The translations under genes and the position numbers were made by a program. DNA of 64,000 bases from Carcharhinus amblyrhynchos (Eukaryota): contig OZ336905.1 in the NCBI GenBank assembly GCA_965287045.1, forward strand, positions 12,834,001 through 12,898,000, in the 5' to 3' direction. The stretch's first letter is position 1. The number at the start of each line of letters is the position of its first letter. Positions 11,690 to 25,925 of the stretch are shown here, one piece after another. The notes beneath the pieces were generated by a model. That model was not told the origin of the DNA, did no database searches, and worked only from the letters and a program-made list of their open reading frames with translations.

Positions 11690-13578
11690 TGCAGCTGTAC
11701 GGTGACCAGGGCTGCAAACTGAAAGTTAAAGGGCGTTTAGGAGAGATAGGCAAAAAGGTAAAGGAGGTGGTGTCATACTATTGGGATCAGTGCATTATTG
11801 AGACAGGATCTTAGACTGGAAGATGTAGAGTCAGTTTAGTGGAACAAAGAAAAAGCAAACTTAGTTGCTTATAGGGTGGTGGTAAAGTGGTACAATACAA
11901 TATACTGTTAGCAATAGAGGGGACATCAGGGCTTCATGGAACAAAAGGTAATTAATGGATGGATGACTTCAATCCTCATAGACTGGATAAACCTAATTAA
12001 CACTAATATGAAGGATGACAAATTACTGAAATGTATACACAATGGTTTTCTAGAACAGTATGTTGAGGTATCAACTAGAGAACAGGCTATTTTAGACCTA
12101 ACACTGTGTAATGAGAAAAGACTAATTAATAATCTTGCTGTAAAGAAGCCTTTAGGGAATATGATTGAATTTTGCATGAAGTTTTCATCTAGGTTTGAGG
12201 TAGATTGGGGAACTACATTACTTGACAGTCGAAAGGCACTGGCTCACATTTAGTGAGTTAATATATGGTTTGCAACAAATTTATATTCCTCCAAGACACC
12301 AAAAAGCAGTAGGAAAACTAATCCAACTATGGCTAAGAGAAGTTAAGGATTCTACCAGATTGAAGGAAGAAGCATATAAAGTTGCTAAAAAGGTAGTAAG
12401 TCTGGGTGACCTAAAAATTCAGTAAAGGACAACCAAGAACTTGATAAAGAAAGAGAACCAGCAGACGTGGTGTATTTGAGTTTTCAGAAGGCTTCCAATA
12501 AAGTCCAACACACAGGAGGCCAGTAAGCAAAATCAGAGCTCATGGGATTGGTAATGTACTGGCACAGATTGAGGATTGGTTAACAGACAGAAAACAGTAG
12601 GGATAAACAGATCATTCTCAGGTTGCCAGGCTGTGACTAGTCAGATACCATTAGGTCACCGTTTGGGCTCCAGTTATTCACAATCAATTTCAATGATTTG
12701 GATGCAAGGACTAAATGTAATATTTCCAAGTTGGCTGTTGACACAAAACTTGGTGGGAATGGGAGTTGTGAGAAGGATGCAAAGAGACTCCAAGGAGATT
12801 TAGACACACAAAGTGAATGGGCAAGAACATGACAGATGGAATATAAAGTTTTTCCCTTTGGTAGGGAAAACAGAAATACAGAGTATTTCATAAATGTGGA
12901 GAGATTGGGAAGTGTTGCTATCCAAAGGGACATGGGTGTTCTTGTTCATGAGTCACTGAAAACTAACATACAAGTGCAACAGCAATTACGAACGGTATTG
13001 AAAGGGATCCGAGTACAGGGGAAGAATGTTTGGCTGTAGTTCTATGGAGCCTGGTGAGACCACACCTAGAGTGCAGTATTGCATGCAGTTTTGGTTTCCT
13101 TACCTTCCGGAAAGATATACTGGCCATTGAGCAAGTGCAACAAAGGTTCAACGGATTGACCCCTAGGATGGTGAAATTGTCGCGGAAAGTTTGAGGACCT
13201 GTATTCTCTAAAGAATGAGGTGACATGTGGAAAAATTTCAACAGGGCTCTAGGGTAGATGCAGGAAGGATGTTTCCTTGGTTGTGGTTGGGGCAAGTAGT
13301 GTCTAGAATAAGGGGACACAGTCTCAGAATAAGGGCCAAGATGCGGAGGAATTTCTTCAGGCAGAGGCTGGTGAATCTTTGGAATTTTCTACTCCGGAAG
13401 GCAATGGAGGCAAGTATTTTCAAAGCAAGAGATGAGCGAGATTTCTAGGTACCAATGGCATAAACAGATACAGGGATGGTGCAGGAAGGTGGCATTGAGG
13501 TAGATGATCAGCCATGATTTAGTTAAACGGCAGAGCAGGCTTGAGGAGATGAACGACCATGCTCCTATATTCTTTAGG
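11690..13578 (+). mobile_element. CR1-family LINE, heavily deleted and decayed
   Basis: FLEQYVEVSTREQAILDLTLCNE, an RT-region relic and a CR1 3' UTR (gatcagccatgatttagttaaacggcagagcaggcttgagg...gctcctatattct). Confidence 0.85.
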
Positions 13579-13917
13579 TTAAAAAAAATTCTGGAAGGAA
13601 ACCCGTGGCAACAAAAAAGATTTCTTTTGTCTAGTTGACTTGGTGACTGTTCCATTAAATTCAGTCAACAGCAGTTAAAATCTTCATCTCTAAGCTGAAC
13701 TAACATCAGGAAGAGCAAAACAAATACAAGTGATTTGTCCAACTACATTTAATGCAACTGTTAGTTTTGAATCAGTTGAAATCTGCAACCATTGGGAAAA
13801 TGTATTTCTGCTTGAACTGTCTTGGGTAAAATCAAATTGACATGGAAACATTTAGAATCCTAAAGAATTAAATTGGGTTGGTTCAGCTTCTACAATTCTA
13901 GCAATTACAAGAATCAC

Positions 13918-16900
13918 TGTATAGGTGAATGGGTGGCTTAAGAGTCGGTGCAGGAGGGAGGGTTTTAGATTCCTGGATCACTGGGACCATTTCTGGGGAA
14001 GGTGGGACCTGTACAAACGGGACTGTCTACATCTGGACAGGACGTTTTGCGACTGCTGTTGGGAGGAGTTTAAACTAATTTAGCAGGAGGAGGGGACACA
14101 GGCTGTTAGCAGAATAAGGGCACAGAATCATAGAGCAAAGCAAGTCAGAGGGAGTGCAGCTATATTAAGTTTCAAGGAAGTCAGCTAGGCTGGATGGGCT
14201 ATACTTTAACTCCAGGAGTATTGCGGGTAAAATGGATGAGTTGAGGGCAATGATTGACACGTGGAAGTGTGATATAGCAGCCATCACATAGACATGGTTG
14301 AATGAAGGACACGATTGGCAGCTCAACATTCCGGGATACAGAATCTTCAGGCCAGACAGGGAAGGTGGTAAAAGAGGAGGAGGCATTGCATTATTAGTTA
14401 AGGAGTCAGTTACTGCAGTAAGGAGAGATGGTATCTTGGAGGGGGCATCAAATGAAGCTTTGTGGGTAGAGCTTAGGAATTAAAAAAAAGGGCAGCCATA
14501 TTGTTAGGTATTTATGATAGAGCCCAGATATTCAGAGGGATATTGAGGAACAAATACATGCTCAATTTGTGGAGATGTGTAAAAACAATATATTAGGTGA
14601 TTTCAACTTTCCCAACATTAATTGGGATATACATACTGTTAAGGCCTTGGATGGAGTAGATTTCTTGAAATATGTACAGAAGAACTTTTTAGATCAATAT
14701 GTCGAGGGTCCAACAAGGGAAGGAGCTGTGCTGGATCTAATTCTCAGGAATGAAGCCAGGCAGATGGATGAGGTGGTGGCGGGGAACATATCAGCTATAG
14801 CAATCACAACATGGTAGAATTTAGGCTTGCTGTGGACAAGGAAATAAGATGAGCTGCAAAAAATAATTTTGGATTGGGGGAAAGAGTAGATTTTAGTAAA
14901 CTAAGATCAGATAGACTGGGAACAGCTACTAATGAGGAAATTTACAGAAGAGTGGGGGGGGGGGGGGGGTGGGAGGGGGCGGGGGTGGTGGTGGGGCATT
15001 CAAAAAGGAAATGGGGAGGGTGTAAGCCCAGCATATTCCTTCTAGGGTGATAGGAAAGATTAACAAGCCCAGAGAACCATGGATGACCAGAGATATTCAG
15101 GAAACAATGAGAAGGAAAAGAAAGGCTTTTAAAAAGTACAAGAGGAGCAAATCACTGGAGGCATTAGTGAGGTACATAAAGTGAGGGATGGAGCTTAAGA
15201 AAGCAATTAGGAAAGCAAAAAAGGGAATATGAGAAAGCTCTGGCTGGTAAAAGTAGGGAAAATCCCAAGATATTCTATAAGTATATTAATGGGAAGAGGA
15301 TAACCAGGGAAAGAGAAGGACCCATTGGGGACCAAAGGGGCAATCTGTGGGTCAGGTCAGAGGACATTCAGTAGAATGCTGAACAGATACTTCACATCTG
15401 TCTTCACCCAACAAAATGAGGACGATGGTATAGCAGTCAAGGAGAGAGACTGAGGTTCTTGAGCAAATTGACATAGGGACAAGGTACTGGAAGTGTTGGC
15501 AGCCTTAAAAGTGGATAAATCTCCAGGTCCGGAAGAACTGTGTCTGAAGCTGCTGTGGGAGGCAAGGAAGGAGAGATTGCAGGGGCTCTGATCCAAATTT
15601 TCAATTCCTCTCTGGCCTCAGGGGGAGGTGCCAGACAACTGGAGAACAGCTAATGTGGTTCCACTATTTAAGAAGGGTTGTAGAGATAAACCAGGGAACC
15701 ACAGACTAGTGAGTCTCACATCAGTGGTAGGGAAACTATTGAAGAAACTTCTGAAGGAGGGCATTTATCTGCACCTGGAGGGGCAAAGCTTAATAAGGGA
15801 TTGTCAGCATGGCTCCGTCAGAGCGAGGTCATGTCCAACAAATTTGATTGAATTTTTTTGAGGTGGTGACCAGGTGTGTAGGTGAGGGTCGTGCAGTCGA
15901 TGTAGTTTATATGGATTTCAGCTAAGTCTTTGACAAGGTCCCACACGGGAGACTTGCAAAGGTAAATGCATATGGGACAGAGAGTAATTTTATAAAGTAG
16001 ATTCAAAATTGGCTCAGTTGTAGGAGACAGAGGGCTGCTTTAGTGACTAGAAGCCAGTGTTTAGTGGTGTACCACAGGGACCTATGTTGGGCCTTCTATT
16101 ATTTGTCATTTATATAAATGACATAGATGAGTTTGTGAAGGCTAGGATTAGTAAGTTTGCAGATGACGCAAAGATTGGCTGGGTGGTTAACAGTGAAGCG
16201 GTGTCTTGAGCTAAAAGAAGATATTGATAAAATGGTCAAATGGAATTTAACCCTGAATTGAGGGAGGTAATACACTTTGGAAGACTAATTTGACAAGGAA
16301 CTATTCAATGAACGGTAGGACACTAGGAAGTTTTGTCAAACAAAGGGACCGTGGCAGATTTGTCCACAGATCTCTGAAGGCAGCAGGGCATGTTCATAGG
16401 GTGGTGAAAAAAAAGGACACTTGCCTTTATTAATTGAGGCATAGATTACAAAAGTAGGTAAGTCATGTTGGAGTTGTATAGAACTTTGGTGAGGCCACAG
16501 CTGGAGTACCATGTGCAGTTCTGGTCACCACACTATTGGAAGGATGTAATTTCACTGGACGGGGTGCAAAGGAGATTCAGCAGAATGCTGCCTGGGATGG
16601 AACAGTGAAGTTATGAAGAGAGATTGGGTAGGCTTGGATTATTTTCGCTGGAGCAGAGAAGACTGAGGGCCAACCTAATTGAGGTGTACAAGATTATGAA
16701 GGACATGGACAGAGTGGATAGGGAGCAGCTGTTCCCCTTAGTTGAGGGGACATAGGTTCAAGGTGAGGGATTAAAGAGGACGTGAGGAAGAACTATTTTA
16801 CCCAGAGGGTGTTGACAGTCTAGAATGCGCTGCGTGTGAAGGTTTCCGAGACAGGTTGCCTCACATCCTTTAAAAAGTACCTGGATGAGCACTTGGTACA

Positions 16901-17024
16901 TCATAACATTCGGGGCTACGGGCCAAGCGCTGGCAGAGCAGATTAGATGGGAATTCAGGTGTTTCTAATGTGTCAGTGCAGACTCAATGGGCCAAAGGGC
17001 CTCTTCTGTATTGCATGATTCTAG
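13918..17024 (+). mobile_element. CR1-family LINE, decayed (ORF1 esterase end + ORF2 APE/RT + 3' UTR)
   Basis: Fragments translate to IPGYRIFRPDREGGKRGGGIALLVKE, ILGDFNFPNINW and PDNWRTANVVPLFKKG..PGN.R.VSLTSVVGKLL; aagtttgcagatgac encodes KFADD; 3' tail atgattcta. Many stops and frameshifts. Confidence 0.93.
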
Positions 17025-17347
17025 ATGAAAAGCTTTATTTGCCACTTAGGAAGTAGCTCCTTTTTGAAACCTGACAAGTGAAACTTTAACTAGAGGAAAT
17101 TAATTCTAAAAAGTAAGACAGCCAAAGGCAGTAAAACTAAATAGAAAACTTGCAAGTGAGTACAAAGGTGTCTGAATTAGATCCACATATTTTTCTGCCC
17201 ACAACAAGAGCTGTCGTTTTCAAAACGAACATGCTTAGTCATACAGCATTGCATCAACATTAAATCTAGATTTCAAAAAAGATCTAAGCAGCAAAGTCTC
17301 TAATTGACCCACAGCCAGTTCACAAATAAAACAAGCTGAAGACTTAC

Positions 17348-17414
17348 TGATAAACCCTTGGACAAAGGTTGGTGGATTTGGCCGAGTCTGCATCTGCTCA
17401 CTATTAGCCTCTTG
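17348..17414 (-). CDS. KMT2D: KMT2D coding exon (approx. human exon 37), 67 nt
   Basis: ttttctgtcttccag| ... A|gtaagt. Reads QEANSEQMQTRPNPPTFVQGFI (human RPNPPTFAQGVI). Confidence 0.93.
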
Positions 17415-18808
17415 CTGGAAGACAGAAAATGTTACAATTAAAGGATTCAGACTGACATAAAATTACTTTACACACGAACACATTTAGGAATTAATATCTG
17501 TCATGTCTCACTGCAGCGCAAAGGTTTTTTTTTTACTTTTTATACAAGTCTCTCATCTTTCTTTTCTTTCTACAGCTGCAACACATGTTTTAAAATTACT
17601 ATACAATCATTTTTCAACCGGTTCTGTCTTATTCTCTCTAAGTCCAAATATCTTGACTAATGTATTGAATATCCACCTTTTAACACAATTTTGTAAAATT
17701 ATTTTTAAAATAAAATACTGGGAGATTCAGAATGATAGAAAGCAATATTTGAGGATTGGTGTGGGGGTGGGATTAGACTGTTGGAAAGATGTTGCACGAT
17801 GGGTTATTGACAGAACGTGAGGCAGAGGGGCAGGCTCGGAGAAATTTGGATATTGGGTGAAAGGTGCACTGTGGGCCAGAAGAAAGGAGCTGAAGTTGGA
17901 TTGTGAAAGGGGGCAGGTGGGCTGTGATCTAACAGCAGAAGTAAGGCATTTAGGGTTGGTGCATGAAGGCGGCATAGTCCTGGGGCACATGAAAACGCAA
18001 GGAGTGACAAAAGAGAGAGAACTTTTGCATCTCCTACAAGGGGCTGCTGCTGGAAATACCCCATATTAGATGAATGAAATCCCTAAAAACTCTGGAGCAA
18101 AAGCACAGATTTTTAAAGCCCACCTTCCCTGGCATTTTTCAAGCAAAACGTCCATGCTAATATTACCATAAACTATACAAATAAGTTTAGTTCTCTCTTG
18201 CCCACACCATTGTCTGTCTGATAACACTTCTCTCTCTCCCCCTACAACACAGCCCGCCTCTCTCACTCCCAAGCCACTGTGTGCTGTCTTTCTGCCCTTG
18301 CCACTGTCTCTGTACTCCATCTGCTGCAGTTGCTCTTGCCCATCTCACACACCTTGTGTTTTTCTCTTTCCCCCTCCATCCCATCTTAAATTTTATCTTG
18401 AGCTATCACTGTCTAAGGTCCTTCCTCAGTGATGCCTTTATTATAAGCTGTTAGTTTTTGGCTCAACTGTATGAGAGACACAATTAGAAATATACCGAAG
18501 AAATGAAACAACAGTTTAGAAAACTGTGGATGGGAAAAAATTCCAAGTAATTTGGAGATATTACAGTGGGAGATTATAGGTGGGTTGGGGCAGATTGAAC
18601 TGCCAAAGACTCTGGGTAGGATGGAGCAAGGCCATTGAAGCGAGTGGATGAGGTCAGCAGAGCTTAAACACAGTTACTAAAAGCATCAGTATAATGACTA
18701 GCAAGCCTGCAGAATTCCAGGTTCAGAAGTCTGTGCTGTGCCACAAACATTCCACAACATTTACTTTTTGTAAACACTCAATACAGAATTCAGACAGTTT
18801 TAAAGTAC

Positions 18809-18896
18809 CTGACTGTTTCCAGGTGGCAATTTAGCCTGTGCCTCATTTGGTCCTGGAGCACCAGCCAACCTTTGTGCCAACAACGAAACCTGCTGT
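18809..18896 (-). CDS. KMT2D: KMT2D coding exon (approx. human exon 36), 88 nt
   Basis: ggatgtttag| ... CAG|gtactt. Reads QQVSLLAQRLAGAPGPNEAQAKLPPGNSQ (human QQVSLLAQRLSGG...). Confidence 0.93.
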
Positions 18897-19149
18897 CTAA
18901 ACATCCATTAAAAATAGAACATTGATTAATCATGAACATCTGACAAATGACGTTTCGTCTACTACAGTTAGCTAATTTTAAAATTAAAAACACAAAAGTC
19001 ATTTCTGTTTAAATCTGAATTTCACCAATTCACAATTCCCACTCTGGATTATGTATAGTATTTTCATTTGCCTGGATTACCTTTATCTAAATCTCTGTTT
19101 TCCAATTACTTTGTACAAAATCAATGAAAACAACGATAGCAAAACCTAC

Positions 19150-19273
19150 CTATTCATGCCTGGTGCCACAGTGATGTTTCCTTGTGCCATGACTTTTTTA
19201 ATTCCCTTCAATGCCACCATTTTTGCCTTGGCAATGGGATCCATGATATCATCGGCTGCAAATTTATCCAAAT
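19150..19273 (-). CDS. KMT2D: KMT2D coding exon (approx. human exon 35), 124 nt
   Basis: tctctctctctgtag| ... AG|gtaggt. Reads DLDKFAADDIMDPIAKAKMVALKGIKKVMAQGNITVAPGMNR, a highly conserved KMT2C/D block. Confidence 0.97.
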
Positions 19274-20734
19274 CTACAGAGAGAGAGAATCTGGTGAAAC
19301 TGTTCAAAATGCCGCGCCTAGAAATTTTCTTAGAAAATTGAGCCCTCAAAATAAGAAGCAATTAACAAGTTTAATTCTGTCACTTGGCTTCAAATACATA
19401 TTACTATATTGCAGATGTTCTGTTGTGAAATTTGGTGCTTTGCACAATTTGCAAATTTCAAAGAAAATACTATCAAAGGGGAGAATTAAACATCATGGAA
19501 ATATAATTGTCAAACTTTGAACTTATGCAGGTGAAAAGCAGATTTAAGATTTGGGATGTTAGGCTTTTCAACCTCAGATGATACATCCATTGAATGAATA
19601 GAGATTAGCAGATTTCCCACTCTGGGGATTAATCTTGATGCTTTCAACCAAGTTTAAATTTTTACTACTGATCAGGTTTGTTCCAAACTGTACAACACAC
19701 CAAGTTTAAACATGCTTCAATACATCTATAATCACACAGTAGAGGGACATCATTAATTTACTACTGAATTAAGTTTGTCAAAACGAAAGTACACGTAATT
19801 GCCCTACAACTGAGATAAAGTACTGCTAATGGGCTCACATTCAAAATGTGTCCTAGCAGAGAAAAAGAGAGGGAGGAGGAGGTGGCCAAGATCAAGACAG
19901 ATTACCTACCTGCGATCATCTTCATTGTTTGAATGGCGTTCATCCTTCACATACAATAGGAGTATAGCCTACCTTGATATGTTCTGAGGAAACCACATGC
20001 TGGACAATCACATGAAAATGTTGTCATAATGTTGTAGATAGGTGGTGCTGCAGGCTACCTCTTAATTCCACATTGAATATAACACTATGGTTTGTGCAAT
20101 TGCACCAATTCATTTAAATCTGAAGCCAAAATAAAACTGATTAAACCCATTGATAGCACTCCCACCACCAAATTTAGTCTTTTGTGGATAGATGGGCGTA
20201 CGTAAAGAATGAAGATGCTCCTACCAAGTGAACAAGCTACCTTCTTCACTGCATTCCTCCACACACCACAGAAGCATACCCAAGTGGAAATGATTCAGGA
20301 TGAGCCTGCACAAGAACCATAACACGAGCTATCAGCATTAGTTGCCATTCTTGGCAGCTGAACTTTAATAGCCATGTTTAGTAAATGTGAGAAGTGCAAC
20401 AGGTGGTAATTTTGCATCTGTCATAATTTGAACCCAATTGAGAAATATCAAGGAAGCAGCTAAATAGGTAAAATTACATTTAGCTTGCCACCTTTTATAT
20501 AGTCTTTTATGTCATTCAGAAACGCTCCCAATTTTTTTTTAAACAACATAGAATTGCCATAAAGTACCTATACATGAAACCCATTTGTGAAAGACACTTA
20601 GCACACAGCAAAACCTTAGAAACAGCACAATTATTCTGTTTTTGGTGGTGGTATGGAGGAATGTTGCCAAGGCATCAGAGGACTCCTTGCTCTTCACAGG
20701 ATCTTTTAACACCCACCTCAACCACCAGACAGGC

Positions 20735-21400
20735 CTTCATGGACAGTAACTCAACCATCCATTTGCTTTTAATTCTTGATCCATAAGTCACTGTTGGACT
20801 GTTTAAATTGCTAGGTGAGATTTGTAAGCAGATGTGTGATTGGAAACAACATTCCTGTTCTGTCACAGGTATGAGAACAGTGTCTACCCCCCTAACTATA
20901 CTATCTTGTACTACATTTCTTTTTGCTCCCTTCCACTTGAATGGCCCCCTGCACCATGGTGCTGCAGTCAGTTTGTTTAACCTCACTATGATCCCTGTTC
21001 TCATCCACACAAATTGCAAGAATCGCAAACCTGTTGGTCAATCGCAAGAGCTGACGCTTCTCCTTTGCTACCTTCTGGATCCCCATACCTGCCTTCCTTG
21101 TAGTCATCCCCTTCAGTTCTTGACCACAGACCAAATCAGAAGTACCTAATCTAAAGATGTGAGTGCCTCCTGGAATAACTGTTCAGGTAACTTTTGTTCT
21201 CCCTGATGCAATGCAATGCAATGCAGCAAGCTTGGTCTCCAGCTCATCAACTCAGAGCCAAAGCTCCACAAGCTACAGACGCTTAGTGCAAATGTAGTTG
21301 CTGTGGATCACACAGATCTCAATCAGAATCCATATCCTACAACTGCAATACATCACCTGCCCAGATTGAAGCCACTGCTCCAGTTAAAAGGGGGAATGAA
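20735..21400 (-). mobile_element. CR1 ORF1 fragment (same type as 44700-46530)
   Basis: Minus-strand frames give LRLTNRFAIL and RNVVQDSIVRGVDTVL. Confidence 0.7.
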
Positions 21401-22414
21401 AACGCACCAATTGCTTACTGAAACATCTAACGAATGCCTCCATCATCCAGTTCTCAGGTCTTGCCATCTCTGGCTCCCTCCTTTTTCCATAAAATGCCAG
21501 ACCAGTATCTCATCCCTCATTTACCAAATTTGCAAATTTAATTATTCAGTCTCATTCCACTCCATCCCCGTCTGCCACCTTTTACAACTACAGGAAATTC
21601 AGTAGTTGCACCCAGTGACAGAAAGCAGTTCAAACTAGCTACCTAATTAACTGCTGTGTAGCTGCCTCTAAGCAGAGACTGAAATAAACTACATTTCACC
21701 GTGACAGTTAAATGCTAACTGCAAATTTGACAACAACTTGGAAGAGAGCAACCATGAAAACTTCCTCACTTAGCAAATTCCCAAATTTAAGCAGTCTCAA
21801 AAATCCTTCACCTTTAAATCATTTAAAATCAATTAAAGGTGCATTTCTGTTCCTCAATGCAAGGTTTTGCATTTTCTGAGTTTAAGTAGCATCTGCCTGT
21901 CCAGTTAAGCTTCTGATATAAAAAATTCAGAGGTGTAACCAAGAGTTCTGTCATGCAACAGTTTACAAGCCGAATTCACTTCCACTATCTTTTCAAGTCA
22001 TGCACTCCAACAACTTTCAAAGAAAATTAGATATATACTTCGAAAATGAAATATTTGCAGAATTATGGGGAAAGAACATGGGGTGGGGCTAACTGGATAG
22101 CTCAAAGAGCTGGCAGAGACTAGATGAAAGGGAGCAGTGAGCTATCCTTGACTCAGGGCACTGTGAGGATCTGATTCATCTTTGGTGTACCTGCTTCTCT
22201 ACTGTAAAAAATATAATGTGCAGTTGTTTCTCAACATTTCATTTCCTTTGTACCATCCTGTGTTTTCCTTTTTGCCATTCATATTGGTTATTGGATAGGC
22301 ACATGAAGCACACCAGAATGAGAGGGAGTGGGATAGCTTGATCTTGGGTTCGGACACGGCTCGGCACAACATCAAGGGCCAAAGGGCCTGTACTGTGCTG
22401 TACTGTTCCACGTT

Positions 22415-22700
22415 CATAAAATCTCTACGGTGCAGGAGGCGGCCGCCATTCAGCCCATTGAGCCTGCACCAACAACCACACCCACGTCATATCCCCGCAA
22501 CCCCACATATTTACCCTGCTAGTCTCCCTGACACTAAAGGGTAAATTAGCATGGTCAATCAACCTAATCTGCACATCTTTGGAGTATGGGAGGAAACCGG
22601 AGCACCCAGAGGAAATCCACACTGACAGTCACCTGTGGTTGGAATCGAACCTGGATCCCTGACAATGTGAGGCAGTAGTGCTAACCGCTGTGCCACCCGT
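22415..22700 (-). mobile_element. HE1-type SINE, tail-to-tail with a plus-strand CR1 3' end (approx. 22285-22412)
   Basis: Reverse-complement V-domain (gggaggaaaccggagcacccagaggaaatccac) and head (ggcagtagtgctaaccgctgtgccac). Confidence 0.85.
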
Positions 22701-25194
22701 GATGGGCTAATGGCGACGGGGACAACAATAGCTGATGGAAGTCTTTATTCACAAACCAAAGCACACAAAGGTACAAGTCATTGGTTAGTTTGCACTGGGA
22801 TTTCAAAGCAGCAGCACAACCTGGCAACAGCTCGTATACTGAGCAGCCCGCTTCAGGATCTTCTTGTCACACATACAGCGTGCTCAAGATTGTTCCCGAA
22901 AAATAGCTTGCCTTGGCTGATAACCACAATCAACAAGATGATCCATACTGGCAGGTGCAACAAAAATAAGTACAACACTTAACTGTTGTGACCTTGAGCA
23001 TGAGAACCCCAATTGGGATTACCACCATGCTCTATCGGTGGGGTTAAATGTCACAAAGATGGCTGTTGGACTATTATTAAGCTTTTCAGGACAAAACTAT
23101 CCAATCTCTTTAAATAAGCTTTGTAAAACCATTAAAACAGGGAGAAAGCTAAATGCAAAACTTTTCAAAGCTGAGAATAAAGGAAATGAGTTCCAATAAT
23201 GTTTAAGAGCCATGCATCAATGAGTGCCACAAAATGCTATTTTCACGCCAGTATGTCAGCAAACAAATTTGTATTTCCAACAAAAAGCAGATTAATTTTC
23301 TGAAAATGATCAGCCTATTAAAGGTTAAGCCCTACTTATTAGTTAACTGCCAGACCCATCCTAACTAATGGACAAAGATAAAATAGAGTAACATTTCTGT
23401 TAGCTATCACTCTTAACCAGAATTTTGGGGTTGGGTCTTTTTTTTTTAAATTGAGACGTCAAAGTCGCTGGTGGTTATTAGAGGCCTGTCCTTGCTCCGG
23501 CCTCAGCATCCCATTGCTCTGCAGCAGCATATCCCCTCAGTGCTGCTCCTCAATTTGCACACTCCTGCATCATCGCTCTACAGCAGATGAAAGTAAGGAA
23601 GTCACCCACATCGCTGTTAACTGGCGTATTTGATTAACCAGCATCTCCCATTCCTAGAGCCTGCCCACGAACAGATGTTTCCCTGTACTACTGTCAACAA
23701 GTTTAAGCGCAGTGCTAGCTTTGTTCAAAAACGAGCTGATGGATAAAGATAGCCTAAAATATGCTGATGTCGTAAGACAAGTGAAATTTTTCAATGCCAT
23801 TAAAGCTATCTACTAGAACATGCACTTCCCTTTGGGGAGGTCCAAAGAGCTGTCAAGCAAATATATAATAGTAAAGCTACTGGACCTGATGACATTCCAA
23901 GTGAAAGAGAGGGAGCAAGGCAGTTCCCATCAATCTCCACCTTCTGCAAAGAATCTTGCATTTGAAAAAAAGTGTGCAATCAGTTTGCAATTACAGTGGT
24001 GCGTGGTTTTCAATAGCAGGAACTCTAGCTAGAATTCTGCTTGAACGCTAACATCTACTCAAAAGGATTTTTCCAGAAACCCTGATTTTAGGCCCAGTGA
24101 GGGTATGATGTGATATCTTTAAAGTGCCAGTTACAAGAAAAGTGCCAAAAGCATCACTGAGATTTACACCTAGCATTTATTGATCTTGCAAAGATGTATG
24201 ATTCAGTGAAGAGGTTCCAAGTTAAGTTTCACCACCTCAATGGTTTGTCTCAATTGGCAATTTAATGACAAGATTAAAATGAGACCTGAGTTTCAATTTG
24301 AATCCTTTCCCACAAAAACCATTTAAACAAGGATTACAGCCGCCCTGTTTGCTAATTACTTTCCAGCATTTTTATCCCAAGTTTCTGTCAATCTGTGGCA
24401 TAGGTTCAACAGCTAGCCATCTAGAAGGTGATTTCTAAGGCACTAAAAAGGCAAGATGAAAGTTTTTGCCATCAGCATCAACGATGTACATTATACTGAT
24501 AACATAAAAGAGTAGGCCATTCAATCCTTCAAGCCTGTTCACTATTCAACAAGATTATAGCTGATCTTCAATCTCAATTTCACCTTCCTGCCCTGTCCCC
24601 GTATCACTTAATTCCCTTAATTTTCAAAAATCTATCATTCCCCTTGAATACACTTAATAACTCAGCATCCACAGCCCTCTGGGGTGTAGAATTCTGAAGA
24701 TTCACAATCAAAAAATAGGCAGCCTCTTATTCTGAGGTTGTGACCCTAAAAATTATAGACTCCCCCAGCATCTATCTTATCAAGTCACTTAATTTTGGTT
24801 ACCACATCCCTAATAGATTCTAGTATTTGCCCTGCTACTGATGGAAAGCTAATTGGCTTATAGTGCCAGTTTTCTCACTCCCTCTCTTCTTGAATAGCAG
24901 GGTTACACTTCCTATGTTCCAACCCATGGGGACTGTTTCAGAACTTGAGGGAATTTTGAAAGATCAAAACCATTGCATCCGCCATCTCGGTAGCTATCTC
25001 TTTAAAAACCTCAGATGCAAGCCACCCGGTCCAGGTGATGCCCTCTATTCCTATTAATTTCATCAGTACTTTTTTTCTTTACTAGTACTCATTTCATGAA
25101 GTTCTTTGCTATTCTTTCTCACATAACTGCAGATCTGTCAGCCATTTTTAAACTATCTCAAAAGCTGTTTGAAGCCTTATACTTGAACTCGATT

Positions 25195-25925
25195 AATTTT
25201 TTTTATTCATTCGTGGGACATGGGCATCGTTGGCTGGCCAACATTTATTGCCCATCCTTAGTTGCCCTCGAGAAGGTGGTGCTGAGCTGCCATCCTGAAT
25301 CGCTGCAGTCCATGTTCTGTGGGTTAACCCACAATGCCGTTAGGGAGGGAATTCTGACCCAGTGACACTGAAGGAACGGCTGATATATTTCCAAGTCAGG
25401 GTGGTGAATAGCTTGGAGGGGAACTTGCAGGTGGTGGTGTTCCCAGGTATCTGCTGCCCTTGTCCTTCTAGATAGAAGTGGTTGTGGGTTTGGAAGGTGC
25501 TGTCTAAGGGTCTTTGGTGAATTGCTGCAGTTCATCTTGAAGATGGTCCACACTGCTCCTGAGCCTCGGTGGTGGAGGGAGTGGATGTTTGTCAGTGTGG
25601 TGTCAAGCAAGCTGGCTGCTTTGTCCTGGATGGTGTCAAGCTTCTCAAGTGTTGTTGGAGCTGCACCCATCCAGGCAAGCGGGGAGTATTCCATCACACT
25701 CCTGACTTGTGCCTCGTAGATGGTGGAGAGGCTTTGGGGGATCAGGTGGCGAGTTACTCGTCCCATTATTCTTAGCCTCTGACCTGCTCTTGTAGCCACT
25801 GTGTTTATGTGGCGAGTCCAGCTGAGTTTCTGGTCAACAGTTATGCAAAGGATGTTAACAGTGGGGAATTCAGTGATGGTAAACACCACTGAATGTCAAG
25901 GGACGGTGATTAGAATGTTTCTTAT
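25195..25925 (-). mobile_element. CR1/L2-clade LINE 3' region (RT C-terminus + UTR)
   Basis: 214-aa ORF ...LSWTRHINTVATRAGQRL...IYEAQVRSVMEYSPLAWMGAAPTTLEKLDTIQDKA... Confidence 0.85.
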
